Assembly (NCBI GenBank): GCA_048013815.1
Contig: CM106585.1
Location: 4,836,001 to 4,900,000 of the forward strand
From: Setoptus koraiensis
Taxonomy: Eukaryota; Animalia; Arthropoda
Reading direction: 5' to 3'
DNA: 64,000 nt
In this document: positions 46,742-59,500 of the stretch, piece after piece
Layout of the letters: each line of letters begins with the position of its first letter
Position numbering within the stretch: position 1 is the stretch's first letter
Translations under genes and position numbers: made by a program
Notes under the pieces: model-generated
What the model was told of the DNA's origin: nothing
Seen by the model: only the letters and a program-made list of their open reading frames with translations
Database searches by the model: none

Positions 46742-47914
46742 ATGACAGAATTGACACCAGAGGAGATGCAACTGTTGAATGATATTAGGAAGCGTAAATC
46801 AGAGCTTATTTCAGAGATACAACACCTCAAAAATGAGATAGCCCATGTCACAGCCGAATTGACACGGCTTGAATCTGTCAATGAATATGATACAAAAATT
46901 AACCTTCGCACCAAACAATTAAATATTGGAAAGAAGCGATTCAATATGGATCCCAAGAAAGGAATAGAATACCTCATAGAGCACGATCTACTATCTCACA
47001 CACCTGAGTCTATTGCACAATTTCTTATGGAAGGAGAGGGATTAAACAAAACAGCCATCGGAGATTATTTAGGTGAACGTGATGAATTCAATATGAAAGT
47101 GTTGGATAATTTTATAAATTTACATAGTTTTTCAAACTTAATCCTTGTACAAGCACTAAGACAATTCTTATGGTCTTTCAGACTACCCGGGGAGGCACAG
47201 AAGATAGATAGAATGATGGAGAAATTCGCCATTCGCTATTGTCAACAGAATCCCGGAGTCTTCAACGATACCGATACTTGCTTTGTCCTATCGTTTGCAG
47301 TTATTATGTTGAACACATCTTTACACAATCCGTCCGTAAAGGAAAAACCATCCTTAGAGAAATTTATCACTATGAATAGAGGTATCAACAATGGGCAAGA
47401 TTTACCACGTCAGTTATTGGAATCATTGTATGAATCTATTAAACAGGAGCCTTTCAAGATACCAGAAGAGGATGGCAACGATCTTATGCTGACATTCTTC
47501 AATCCTGACCGAGAGGGATGGCTATGGAAACAAGGTGGTAGATACAGAGGATGGAAAAGACGCTGGTTCATTTTGAACGACAAATGTCTTTACTACTTCG
47601 AGTACACCACTGACAAGGAACCAAGAGGCATCATACCGTTGGAAAACGTTGAGGTACGCGAACTGCCTGATACTAGGACATCCAAACCAAATACGTTTGA
47701 ATTGTACTCTGCGCTAGGTCCTGGTGAAGTCATAAAAGCTTGTAAAACTGATGCCGACGGAAAAGTCATTGAAGGAAGGCACACCTATTACAGGATGTCC
47801 GCTTCCACCAAAGAAGAAAAGGATCACTGGGTTAAAAGTATTAGACAGTCTATAAGTGTTAATCCATTCTATGATATGCTGGCCGCCCGCAAGAAAAAGG
47901 CACAACTATATTGA
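46742..47914 (+). CDS. CYTH1: cytohesin/steppke ARF-GEF (coiled coil, Sec7, PH), intronless, 390 aa
   Basis: [37 protein letters not shown]; PH domain [18 protein letters not shown]; C-terminal basic ARKKK. Confidence 0.97.
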   Translation: MTELTPEEMQLLNDIRKRKSELISEIQHLKNEIAHVTAELTRLESVNEYDTKINLRTKQLNIGKKRFNMDPKKGIEYLIEHDLLSHTPESIAQFLMEGEGLNKTAIGDYLGERDEFNMKVLDNFINLHSFSNLILVQALRQFLWSFRLPGEAQKIDRMMEKFAIRYCQQNPGVFNDTDTCFVLSFAVIMLNTSLHNPSVKEKPSLEKFITMNRGINNGQDLPRQLLESLYESIKQEPFKIPEEDGNDLMLTFFNPDREGWLWKQGGRYRGWKRRWFILNDKCLYYFEYTTDKEPRGIIPLENVEVRELPDTRTSKPNTFELYSALGPGEVIKACKTDADGKVIEGRHTYYRMSASTKEEKDHWVKSIRQSISVNPFYDMLAARKKKAQLY

Positions 47915-48527
47915 TTATATATTATTTTGCCTAAGTTCATTCGTGCACAACTAACTTCTTTGTAAGCTTAAACACTACTCAAGATTCTGTATTATATTAT
48001 TACTATCTTACAAAGTGGCCACACACCGATTTTAAGTATTATTTCTCACAAACATTGAAAAGGACTAATGATCGCATGTTCAAGTTGACCTACAAGTTGA
48101 ATATTAAGCCTGATCGTGATAAATCGAGCTTGCAATCATGAACGAAAGAGTCCCCTCTTGTTAGCTTAATCTTTACATGACAACTGATCTACTTTGCCAG
48201 TCGAAAATGAGAATCCTTTTCTAATTAGTGTACATAATATACAGTCGGTTGTTAATAAGTTGAGCAACTGGTTGATTTGGAAACTTAAAACATGTGCTGG
48301 CTAAGTTTCTTCCCTGTACATTTATCGTTTCCAATAAATATAATCCATGTGATGATGGAAACTTTGCGTAATGAAAAAATTCATTTAAAAAGAAATTATG
48401 GCAGTCAGAAATAAAGCACTAGAGGAAGAAACAACTTCACCAAAATAACCAAAATATTCATGAAAGAAGCCGATTTCAAGCATCTTTACTTCCAAACACT
48501 AGAATGATATACAGTCGGTGGATATTC

Positions 48528-49865
48528 TCACCTAGAATCTGAACTAGATTCTTCTTTATTTCGACACTTCTGGGTATCACGTTCATAGAATAAAATATAG
48601 GCCTGTGATTTGAGTACAGATGAAATATTTGACTTAGAAACGCTTGTGTCACTGACGTGATACCAATCTTTGGAGCTTGCCACCTTTTCACTGCATTCAC
48701 TAGTGTCATCAGCTGCATCATCTTCGCATGCATCATAGTGGTTGAAATATCCGCGGCCATGATTGTAATCTTTGATTGTTTTGAAAATTTTTTCCATATC
48801 TAAATGCTTGGGTTGGGTGGTTCCCTTAATGGGTTGTGGTTTGTTGTATCTAACAAAAGCTGTGTAGTGGCCACCTTTGAGACCTCCAGAATGGCATACA
48901 ACACCAAATAAGGAGTAGGGTAGAGGTTTTTTGGCTACTACATATGGTAATTGGCTACTATTTTCTTTGTCGTCATCTGATGAAGATGGATTTTCCAGTG
49001 TAGAATCGTAATACAGATCACTGGTATATTTAGACAGATCTAATGTTTCATCAAACTCAACATTTTTTGAGATTTTAGATAAACTTGAGCCACCTTTAAG
49101 TTTAGAACTATTACTGACAACTTCAAATCTTTTGAAATGTAGCGTCAATATAGATGGAGGTATAGCGATACGCGTTGATTTTGAACCTACTTCATATTTT
49201 TTACATTTATCACAATGAATTTTGTTGGCCCCGTCAAGTGTTTCGCTGGCTGAAAATCTTTTCAATGCATCAGATAATGTATCGGTTCCGGTTATGGCAA
49301 GCGATATATCGTAGAAGGCTTCTAAATGTTGAGATAAGTGGTTGCATTTATTGCACTTGACCGATGACAGAAAATAGCCACTGAATAACGTGTCTACTAC
49401 GGATGGTATTCTTTTGCGTCTCAATTCATCGGTTCTGACAATGTCCAATAGTGAACGGAGTAATTCGTGGCTGTCCTCTTGTTCGAATCTATGGAATCGG
49501 CCAGATTTTTGTCTTATATGTTTGATAACGTTGGATGGCGTCAGCGACGATTGTACGCCAGATAAATGATAATTTTTATATAGATTTACAAGGGCAATAA
49601 TAATACCATCGCAGCCCTGCAATTCAGCCAGTTTTCCGTCTGCCACCAGTATCTCACCAAACGTAGGCGCATTCATAAGACACTGAAGGATTGAATTTAA
49701 ATAGCACGTGTTGCCCAGATTGGCGAAGCCCTTCGGTCTTGGTCCATTTCCACCGTCAAATGTGTTCTTGTTGCCGCTATTATTGTTAGTGGCGTTGTTG
49801 GTGCTCTTATTGCTCTTAACGTGATTGTTGTTGTTATTTTTATTATTTCGTCTCTTGTGTCGCAT
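48528..49865 (-). CDS. USP45: USP16/45-like ubiquitin C-terminal hydrolase, compact, 445 aa
   Basis: Cys box GFANLGNTCYLNS, QEDSHELLRSLLDIVRTDE, His box HSGGLKGGHYTAF, SD..V..QAYILFYER. Confidence 0.9.
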   Translation of the reverse strand: MRHKRRNNKNNNNNHVKSNKSTNNATNNNSGNKNTFDGGNGPRPKGFANLGNTCYLNSILQCLMNAPTFGEILVADGKLAELQGCDGIIIALVNLYKNYHLSGVQSSLTPSNVIKHIRQKSGRFHRFEQEDSHELLRSLLDIVRTDELRRKRIPSVVDTLFSGYFLSSVKCNKCNHLSQHLEAFYDISLAITGTDTLSDALKRFSASETLDGANKIHCDKCKKYEVGSKSTRIAIPPSILTLHFKRFEVVSNSSKLKGGSSLSKISKNVEFDETLDLSKYTSDLYYDSTLENPSSSDDDKENSSQLPYVVAKKPLPYSLFGVVCHSGGLKGGHYTAFVRYNKPQPIKGTTQPKHLDMEKIFKTIKDYNHGRGYFNHYDACEDDAADDTSECSEKVASSKDWYHVSDTSVSKSNISSVLKSQAYILFYERDTQKCRNKEESSSDSR

Positions 49866-52303
49866 TTTGGCGTCTTACATTCACTTTTATCTTTGTCAGG
49901 CGATTGAATTTAGTGATTAATCAAATTAGTAATAACCAACGGCCTACTGATCTAATTAATAATTGCAAGTATTCAAGCCTTATCAATGATTTGTAATCAT
50001 TTGAATAAATATACAGCTTGATTTGAATAACGATTGTGACCAGCAATGCCGTCAACCAAGGATATCAAGGAGAGTCAAGAGGCTGGTGGATTTACTATTG
50101 TTCTGTTCCGAACAGCCTTATTCTGTGCACAATATCTATGGCGCATGCTTATTTTCTAGACAGTGTGCCGCCAGATTTGAAAGTTCAAAAAATCGGACTT
50201 TCAAAGAACGATTTCTAACAAATTGTAAAATCGGATTTTTCCAATCCGATTTTTCAAAATCATACCGGGCTCTCACCCTCCACCTCCCTTGTCCGTAACT
50301 TGCGAGCCGAAGCTACGAGTTTCTCCTCCACTTTTCCTAATGGGATCTATCGAATCTAGCAGCCAGCTCACCAAGAGCTCCCTGACGACTGAATAAGACG
50401 ACCCACGATACACGTTCTCTGTGATTGCATTGATATCCACAATGAATCTGTATCCTTGTAACCATCAATTTATCTTTTTCTTGCACGCATAGAATTGATA
50501 TTTGAGGTCCTCTCTCGCGAGCTTATACGGGGAGACCTCTAGCCCTCTGTTCACAATCGAGCTACCATAGCTCTCGCAATCACTGAAAAACCGATTGACT
50601 GCTTTTTGGTGCATTATAACGAGAGTAGATGGCGTAGTGGTGTATGGTAATGATGAGTTTGTTTCTGTCCTTGTTTTGTGACAACACAAGATACACCGCG
50701 TCCTCATGGTAAGACATCGCTGTCAGGCAATTAGATTCTGTTGCCGAATCGTCAGAACCTGCTTGTCAGATTATCAGCCAGTATGATAATAAGCCAAAAG
50801 CCACAAATTTGTACAGTTGTTTTGGTACCTCTGGTGCATGGTATCAACAAAGAGAATGATCAATGACGGAGAAAGTTCATTAATCTATTTAGTGAGTTAA
50901 ACTTTTAAAGGGTGACAAAACATCGAGCGTATGTGAGTTCACCAGTTGCAAAGTTCATTAGCTTAGTAATAGATGCCAATTGCCATTCGCTATGGTGCTA
51001 TATGAGATGCTCGATAGCTTTTAGCGGTCACCATTCGCTCTCTAACTGGATTGGTCGAGAAAAAGGGGGAAAGAAAGAGTGACTAGCAACCTCATAGTGT
51101 TAATAGTGGGGGTGGACAATGGATAAAGTCGGCCTGTAATGATCGAGTTCGAACACAAATAACAAGATGGAGGAAAGTTGTTTTGAGAGAAAGAAAGAGT
51201 CGGAGAGATAAAGGTTCTCCTGTGGAGGAGCAGTAATAAAAAGAGTTCCAAATGAAGAGGATAGCTGAAACTTTAACATCAACAGGTTGTGTCAAGTTCA
51301 AAATATCAAGTAGCTACTAGAAGCAGTGTTACACATTTATTATTTCATCCAACTGTCTCTGTGTAAATATTGTGTCTCAGTAGCAGCATTATAATGATGG
51401 TTATGTTGCAACTCTCTCACTATCTTTTTCGAGTTGGTTTGGTTAGTTTCTGTTTTGTTTTGGCTGATTTCTAGTCGGCAGAGAATTGAATCAAAAAATA
51501 GTTATGAATGATGATCTCTTGCAGGTAGCTATCGCAAACACACATGAATACTATTCCTCGTACAGAGCCAAGTGTTTCGAGATGTCACCCCATCAATGTG
51601 TGCCTGAGCTTGTTGAAGTTGGTTGTTTGATCTCAGTGAAACAAAATTTCACCATTTGTAACAGTTTGAATGGTCAGTGATTGCGCAAAGCAAGACGAAT
51701 ATATGTATGTATGTATGTATATATATATATATCTGTACAAACATTTATGTCTCCAATGTAAACATGATGTGACGATATCAAACGAAGGAGATATCCCGTA
51801 GAAATGCGGCAGACATGTAGTAGTACCGTTGAGCGAAAGTTGCCAAGCTCAATTTACACCAATGAGTGGTCAAACTAAAACAACAACAAGCCATATAGCC
51901 ATGTAACCATACAACCATACAACAGTGCAAGCATAGGGCGCACTAATGTCATTAAACTCTATCGTTTCGGCCAAGCAAGCAACTAGAAGCCAACTGGGGC
52001 TACCAGATTTGGCGGCGTCACTGTCAAATGGATACTGAGGAGTCAGAAATTGTTAAACAAACTGTGCTGCGTTTCACAACAAAGCAAAAATTGTTATTCA
52101 TATCACATCATTAAATAATGATCGTGAACAACGGCAACAGCAGGCTCTGTCCGTCTGATGGTGTCTTGATCAATTTGCGAGAGAGAGAGACGAAATCAAG
52201 CATACATGCAAGTGAGTGCCTGGCCCCGGGCCATAATCGGCTCGTTGTTAAACCATTTTCTATCAGAAGTGAATCGGAAGACAATAGTGGCCAGTGAGCG
52301 ACG

Positions 52304-52334
52304 CTATAAATAGACTCTCCTTAAGTGCTCATTT
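52304..52334 (+). promoter_or_regulatory. possible TATA box plus Inr-like element
   Basis: CTATAAATAG at 52304-52313 and TCATTT at 52329-52334. Spacing is slightly short and the target gene is unproven (possibly the ORF at 54368). Confidence 0.3.
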
Positions 52335-54367
52335 CAAGAGATTGTCCTCGGCAAGATAGTGCGAGTGGATGCAAACAGTGAAAGTCCAATTTGAAGATAG
52401 CAATCTAATAGTCAGTCAATACACAAACAGCCGACCGGGTTCGCCTATGGAGGCACGCGTGTTAATATTATAAGTGGACGTTATTAATTAATTGATCACA
52501 CATCAGCATATAATGCCAACACTGATTAGTGGATTGTGTGCGATTCATCTCATATGACGTAACGCTGCTGAGACTTTGAATGAAAAAGGAGCTTCTTCTC
52601 TAATGGTAGAGCGCTGCACAGCTATTGCGACGGTGAAAAAAAAATTAAACAAATTGTGATGGAAAAGATGGCACAGGTTTCTTTTGAGAGATGGAGAGAA
52701 AAAAAAGTCAGCATCACTAAAGGAACGAGTGTCGGGCTGCTGCTCTTAGAGGGACTGGAGATCTCGAGAGGTGATCTGTGAGAGAAGGCCAGCCAGATAA
52801 CTATCGGCTAATCTCTAATCATTTGGCGGGAGCGCTCTGTTATCCCATTTCTCGTCTGCGTCGATGACTGAACGGGAGTCGTTGACCAACGGTAAATTGA
52901 CTGCAAATGAGAGAGCAAACTAGACTTTTTACATCTTTATGAAGATAAGAAGAAAGTGAAGACGAAGAAAGTTGTTGCTTGTTGGTGCGTCCGAGTTAAC
53001 ATTTTTAGCCTTTAACATCGCTGAACTAGCGTGCGACGTTGAGATCACTCCTACCTTTTGAATTCCGAAATGATGATGCCGCTAACTTGCCTCGAGCCTT
53101 GGTCTATCTTTTTCTCTCTGGCTCTCTGATTATTTTACTCCCCCCCCCCTCGCGCAACTAAACAAATGTGTATGAGTGTGATCTCGACATGGACGGGGGT
53201 AGGTAGAGCGACTTGTTTTTCATCGACAACATACACGTTTGCTGCTAGCGGTCCGCTGGCAACTGTCTAGCATTGCATATTCATCTGTTGCTGTTGCATA
53301 ACGGGATCTATGATGCTGCTGTTAATGTTTGCAGCTTCGCTGGCTCGCTCGCCAGGTAGGTCCACCTACATTGCATTCGTTTATAGCGGGCACATCGGAG
53401 GGGCAGGACTTGAACTATTCTGGGACATTATGTTATGTTTCGATTGCCCCCAAATGCGATGCTAACTTGGCGCCGTGGCACCATGTTAGTATCAATGATG
53501 ATATTATAATACAATATTTGATACGCAAAGCAGCAGCAACATGTGGTGGACATTTGAGAGAGGAGGTACGAGTTTGGCCAGTTAGCGCTTGTAAACTGTT
53601 GGTTAGCACAGCCAGTTGGTTTCACTGGTTGTTCAGGTTGTAAGTAGGAAGGAGTAGACACATCATTAAAGAGTAGTAATTGATGATTCCGACTTTATTT
53701 AATTGTTAGACCACTATATGTACAACATACACATACACATACACACAAACAAACAGCTTGATACAACTTAGAAACGGCATTTGAATTCGATAGCGAGCAG
53801 AGCTGCAAAAGAATTTGAGTTTTTCATTTCATCACTATCAACATCAAGCAACAACAAGTCATAGTTATAATGATCAAAAAAAGTTTAACTTTAATTAGTT
53901 GATATATAGTAATCCAATAACTAATTAACTAGCTAATAGACGCAAAATTGAACACACGTATAAACACACATTCATGAACAGCATTCATATAGACAGTTTT
54001 ATATGATTGCTTGCTTCTTATCTGGGCCCCAAATAACCAAATAGGCTAACCCCAATAAAGACGCAACCATCATCAATAACAACAACTACTCACCTATTAA
54101 GCTCAATTGCAATTTAGCATGGATCTGGACTTGAACAACACAACAACTGCTTATCCTTCCTCAATGTCGCTATATGCTCGTTATTTGACTAACAAAAAAT
54201 CAAGAGAAGCCAGACAGCAACAGCAGCAACAACAGCAGACAGCTACAGAGAACAACAACAGATGCAAAACAATCCTAACCTCATCATCTTTACCAGTTAG
54301 ATCATCATCACCATTATTAGCCAAATTATCACCATCATCGCAAAGATCATCAGCACCAGCACCAACA

Positions 54368-55060
54368 ATGGCCTCCATAAACTATTTACGTTCAGCCACA
54401 ATGCTCCACACCACCTTAAGCTTAACAATATTACTAATTATGTCAGCAACAACTTGTCAAGCTTTCTTATATCAGCCCATCAATTACATGTTGGACGATT
54501 CGGCATTAGTAGATACCAATAACAATAACGATCACTTAGATCACGCTTCATTATCGCCAATATACAATGATCAATCTGGCTCAAGTGCCATCACAGCCGA
54601 TAAGGATATTGCCACCATCATCGGAGAGGGTCTAGCCAGATGGCGTGACGCTAGAATGCTCAATAATCAACAACAATCAACTGGTGACAATCAACAAGCA
54701 AACGGAGACGATCAATTAGCTAGCGCAACTAATTATGACAGTAATACTGCCGATGGTCAATCAGAGAATGGTCCAAATGTTGGTGAGCAGCCACAATCTG
54801 TTTCATCAGCTGTTGCTGAAATGGTTTTGAATGGTATGTCCGCTTTAGCGTCGGCCGCTAACGCCGAAACAGACAACAACAACTCAAATGACGACCCCAG
54901 AACAGTTGAATCAGTTCGCTCTCCTTCCGCCATAATGGAAGTTGACACAACTGCCTCATCAAGCGCTTCCGAAGTGTCAAAGGCCGATCTAAAAGGAACA
55001 CGCCAGTGGTACAATCCAAAAGATAGTGTTCCAGCTCTGAGGATCTCATCAATGGGTTAG
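54368..55060 (+). CDS. putative secreted Asn/Gln/Asp-rich protein, 3' end uncertain
   Basis: Part of a 317-codon open frame in AT-rich DNA. acaATGg at 54368 is followed by a signal-peptide-like stretch (..LSLTILLIMSATTCQA). A donor-like G/gttagt at the end suggests a further exon. Confidence 0.6.
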   Translation: MASINYLRSATMLHTTLSLTILLIMSATTCQAFLYQPINYMLDDSALVDTNNNNDHLDHASLSPIYNDQSGSSAITADKDIATIIGEGLARWRDARMLNNQQQSTGDNQQANGDDQLASATNYDSNTADGQSENGPNVGEQPQSVSSAVAEMVLNGMSALASAANAETDNNNSNDDPRTVESVRSPSAIMEVDTTASSSASEVSKADLKGTRQWYNPKDSVPALRISSMG

Positions 55061-55275
55061 TAATAGCATGCATACAATACAAATACACATTCTTTTCCTA
55101 TAGCAACTTGACGTATATTTAGTGAAGAAAAAAAGGGAGCTATTGTTTAGAGCTAACCATTCGTATTCAGAATCGAAAGTGGGAGACAAACAGAGAGTGT
55201 CAATCTCGTACTGAATCGCCATTTGATGCAAATGCATATCAAGTGCGCCTCTGACGATGGCCATGCCTGTGTCGA

Positions 55276-55279
<4 letters not shown>

Positions 55280-55309
<30 letters not shown>
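55280..55309. repeat. (GA)n microsatellite
   Basis: Read directly from the sequence. Confidence 0.93.
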
Positions 55310-55313
<4 letters not shown>

Positions 55314-56455
55314 TGGGAGAGAAGCTGCATTTCAAGGAATTTTCAACAGTTTAGGGTATCTTGTTTGTGCATCGGATAATAATGACAATGTGTCTCTTGC
55401 TCAGACAGAGGACATGGCCAATAGTGGTGGTTGTCGAGTTTATCAGCAACATGGTAAACAATATCGTTCGCTTCTATTCTTTCTTGTTTGCGATACCAAC
55501 AACTCTCCCCACGACTATCCTTGTTTGTTTTGCGCCAGCAACAAGCCATCCAATGATCTAATGTCTTGTATGATGAAGAAGTCAGGTGATAATCTCAACT
55601 GTCTCTCATACAGACAACAGAACAAGACGAAGTAAGAGCGAGAAGGAGATTTATCGGAATAAACAATGAACAATTCGGTACGATTGTGGTGCTTATAAGT
55701 AGCGGCGCAGCTCTCTCTCTCTCTGTCTTCATGGAGACTACGATTGCATCTTGTCTCTTCACTCCTACTACTATTTCTATCACTACCTCTACCACCATCA
55801 CCTTTGCGCCACTCATTACGCAAAGGTGAATCTCGCTGCCCCTAAAACAATAGCCAACTACTCATTCTATATAAAACTATTATGCCATAACATTTCATCG
55901 AAATCAGCATGGCAATTGAATGAGAGAGGGAGAGAATGATGAAAGAGTTAATTTTAGGTTATATTGCCGCCAGCTTTTCAGCTAATCAATATTGCTTATG
56001 TCATAGGTTGATGATCTTGCTGTTTAGCCTGACTCATAAATTCTTCACCTCTATGTGCGAGCTACTAGTCGCCCACTACAACTGTGTTGTCACTTGATGG
56101 CCTATGATGAATTCTGCCGAGTGATCGATCGATTCATGCATCGCAAGTTAGGTGGATTGTATGATGGTCGTTGTACAAACATAATAGCACATAAACTGAC
56201 TTACAATAGTTGCATCTTGAGATTTCCTTACAGACAATATATATGCGAGCCACTTGAGCACAACAAGCAAATAGACATACAAATATTATTGATTCGATAT
56301 TCGCCCATGATTATTGACACTTACGATACGACGCGATGAGATGATGTGGAAACCTTGACCATTGCGGGAGTCAAATCGCACAATCTTTTAAGACCATCAA
56401 AACAACTAACCATCATTCAATCGCTCGCTGCACCAACAAGTTGTTGTCTGATCTC

Positions 56456-56515
56456 TCGGCTAGCATGGTGAAATAGTATTTTTAAGGCAAAATACCATTT
56501 CACCATGCTGGCTGG
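56456..56515 (+). ncRNA. pre-miRNA-like hairpin (candidate)
   Basis: 60 nt with 26 pairs, including a perfect 13-bp core (56462-56474 with 56497-56509), 3 G:U pairs, one A-C mismatch and a 6-nt loop. No match to miRNA families I recognise. Confidence 0.35.
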
Positions 56516-59500
56516 TTGACAATCTAATTGATTTATAGATCACTGTACATGTGCGTCTATCGTAAAAATGTTTACTTGCGAAGTTGAGTCGAATAGGCAA
56601 CATGACTTATATGAAAGTGTTGCTTCAGGTGCGAGCCTACAGCTCAAGCTAATCTTAGCATAGCTATTAATAGAAGCATTCATTGTCATCTTGACCATAT
56701 ATAGATTCGCCTCAGACTCATAACTATGCATCTTTGCATTGAACATAGCACTAAAACAAAGTGAACGTTATGACAAATAGTGCTCAATGAAAATTGCAGA
56801 TTCAGCTCATTCATCAACTGACAACAGATGGCCGAAACGGCTCTAGGACTCGATTTGCGCCACCCAGACCAAAACTTTTCATACTATTGGCATGATGTGA
56901 TAGTGGTCAAACTAAGGTTTTGGGTGCTAAACATCAGTTACATTCCACTTATAACTGTTCGTTGCTTCTCGGAGTGGGGCGACAATCTCGTTTCCAATAA
57001 AAGATCTTCGTCGTGTTTGAATAGCGACCATGCAGCTTGCACATGGCAAATCAATTTATCAAGAAAAAAGAAAAAATTCAACGGTCAACTGTGTCCTGTG
57101 TGTCTTGTGTGTATGTGTATATGTATGTTTGTGCGAATGCTTTTATCAATATTTACTTAGCTAGAGGCTGACCGCACTGACTCCAAATCGATTCGGTCCT
57201 AAAAGAATACTCGATTCTTGCTACCTTCGTTCGTTCTATCCAATCCATAGATTAAGATTGAGACTAACGTAGTATTATCCATGGTCGAAAGTTATAAATA
57301 CATGGTGACTTGATAAAGAAGAGTTCACAGTGAGAGAGATAGTTATGGTCATTATCTGTTTCTTGATTAGCTGCTTGGTGGTGCTGCAGCCATTGCTTCT
57401 ATTTACAACTTGGTGCCTTCTCTTTGACTTGAATGCTATGTAGTGTATGTTTATCATCGAAAGCTTATGCCAGTAACCTCAGTAGGTGCTTCTAATTGAA
57501 CTGAACTTTACCTGGTCATTGCAAATAATAAGCTCATGATTAAATCTTGTGATTAGGTACATGTTTAAATGTATGTTTGTGCATACTGTTGACTTATCAA
57601 AATAAGTTGCGCTGCACTGGGTAGATGTAGTAAACATGCAACTCAGCATCAAAGAAAGAGAGAGAAAGAGAAAGGTAGAGAGATTCAATTGGACAAAGAT
57701 AAATAATCATAACGCCATGAAGAGGCCAATCCAAGTTGAGAGAGGGAGAGAGACAGAGAGGGCGCATGATTAGAGCCTATGTGTTTTTCATTAAATGTCC
57801 AGTGGAATTAAACTAGTAGTCCTAATTGTTGACGTGGGCGTTCTACAAATAACCAAGTAAAAGTTGTCTTCATCCTACTCGTTTGGTAACTTTGTGTCTC
57901 TAAAAATAATAACAAAAAGATATGGGCAGACAGAAGTTGAATACTAGTGTCACTGGCGCGTCTTTGCTAGATTTCTCATCCACCATTCGGTCATTTGGTT
58001 CAATTTGTTTCTACTGCATGATTATGAACTTAGCGCGTTAATCAAATGAAATAATCTACTTGGTCACCTCTGATCTATGGCTTGTTACAATAAGTTATAG
58101 AAGTTGTAAGTGACCAGATTCGAGACCTATTATTTACGTCTGATGCCGTTATATTGTGGCCCTTATGATCATTAGCATCACACGGGCTGCATATTCAACA
58201 TGTTGCTCTATTGCAAGGGCCGCGGCAAATACAGTGAAGCTTTTTTGTCTCAATGAGTCTATCGGTCTTGTTGAGCTAAATTATTGCCACCCTATCACTG
58301 GTTTGAGTTGTTGTTGCTTTCTCTGTCTATATTGTATTCATAATGAGGCAAAGTCAATTCACTGTCCTCATGATTAGACCATAGTCTGAGCACAGGTATA
58401 CGAGAAGATTAGATAGATCAAAATTTGTCTATTATCCAACAAGAAGTAGACATAGAGGAAAGAGAAGTGGTGTGTGCTCGCATTACTTCAGAGATTTAGT
58501 GATACTCTCCCCTTCTGTTAGTGTAATCGGCGTGTTGTGCCTCCCTATACCATTGGATCTCGCTCATATATTCATTGATCTATCAAACAATTGATGCTTA
58601 CTCATGACGAAAACCATTCTCTAGTCGAGAAAGCATTAATTCCCACATTAACATATTCAGCAATATTATTGATGCTATTGTTGTTGTGCAGACTGTGTGT
58701 GCGTGTGTGTGTGTGTGTACAATCGCACACTCTTCTTGCCTTACTGTGGCATTGCGTAATATTCTAAGTAGTATCCAGACAGCACATTCGCCCCCTTCTA
58801 GCCACTACGAAAGTCCAAGTAATTTTAGATGATTCATCATGTGAGATAATAATCAAGATTTCCTGCTACTCTTTATGTGTGTTGTTAGCATACTTACGGT
58901 TCTACTTAATCAAGGTAGTCTAGTAATGAGAATGAATAGATGCTCACCAGAGTTGACCAGGGTTATCTCGTACACTCGTTTGAGTTTTCATACATTCTCT
59001 TTTTTTTTCTTCCTAGTTTAATTGGATCTCTCGTCCAAGCGAGATGTCTATCATTCCCAAGTCTGTTTGAGTCTTATCCAGAGTTACACAATAGCTTATG
59101 TGATAACAATTCCTGTTGGGCGCCCATGCCGATTTGCACCAACCAGCAGCACCGCATCTGGTTGCTTGGTCAGCATGAGGATTGATGAAAAGTGGCATAA
59201 AATAAAAATTTATTTGTACTGCAAGCAAATGTATAGTGCCCGATGATCTAGTGTTAGTAGGGCATATCCTGGATTAGCGAGAAAGACGGCGGGAAATAAT
59301 CGCAGAATGTGATGTGATATAATGATTCAATAATTCACTTCTACGATCTATATTTGAATCGATTTGATTATCCATAATAGTCGACTGTGAGTTTACTTGT
59401 TACAACTCATTTAAACATGCTATTGACTATTGACAAAAAAAAAAAAGAGGAAGCCGATGCCTTGCCATGTTTGTCCTATGATGGGTGCATCATTTCTCAA

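Noticed and set aside
50465-50707. 80-aa minus-strand ORF, with the frame open beyond its TGA (transposase relic, readthrough, or USP ZnF exon)
   Set aside because: No recognisable transposase or ZnF-UBP motif and no convincing splice link.
50975-51040. miR-29/285-type seed (TAGCACCA) on the minus strand
   Set aside because: The flanks form a direct repeat (ccattcgct x2) rather than a stable hairpin.
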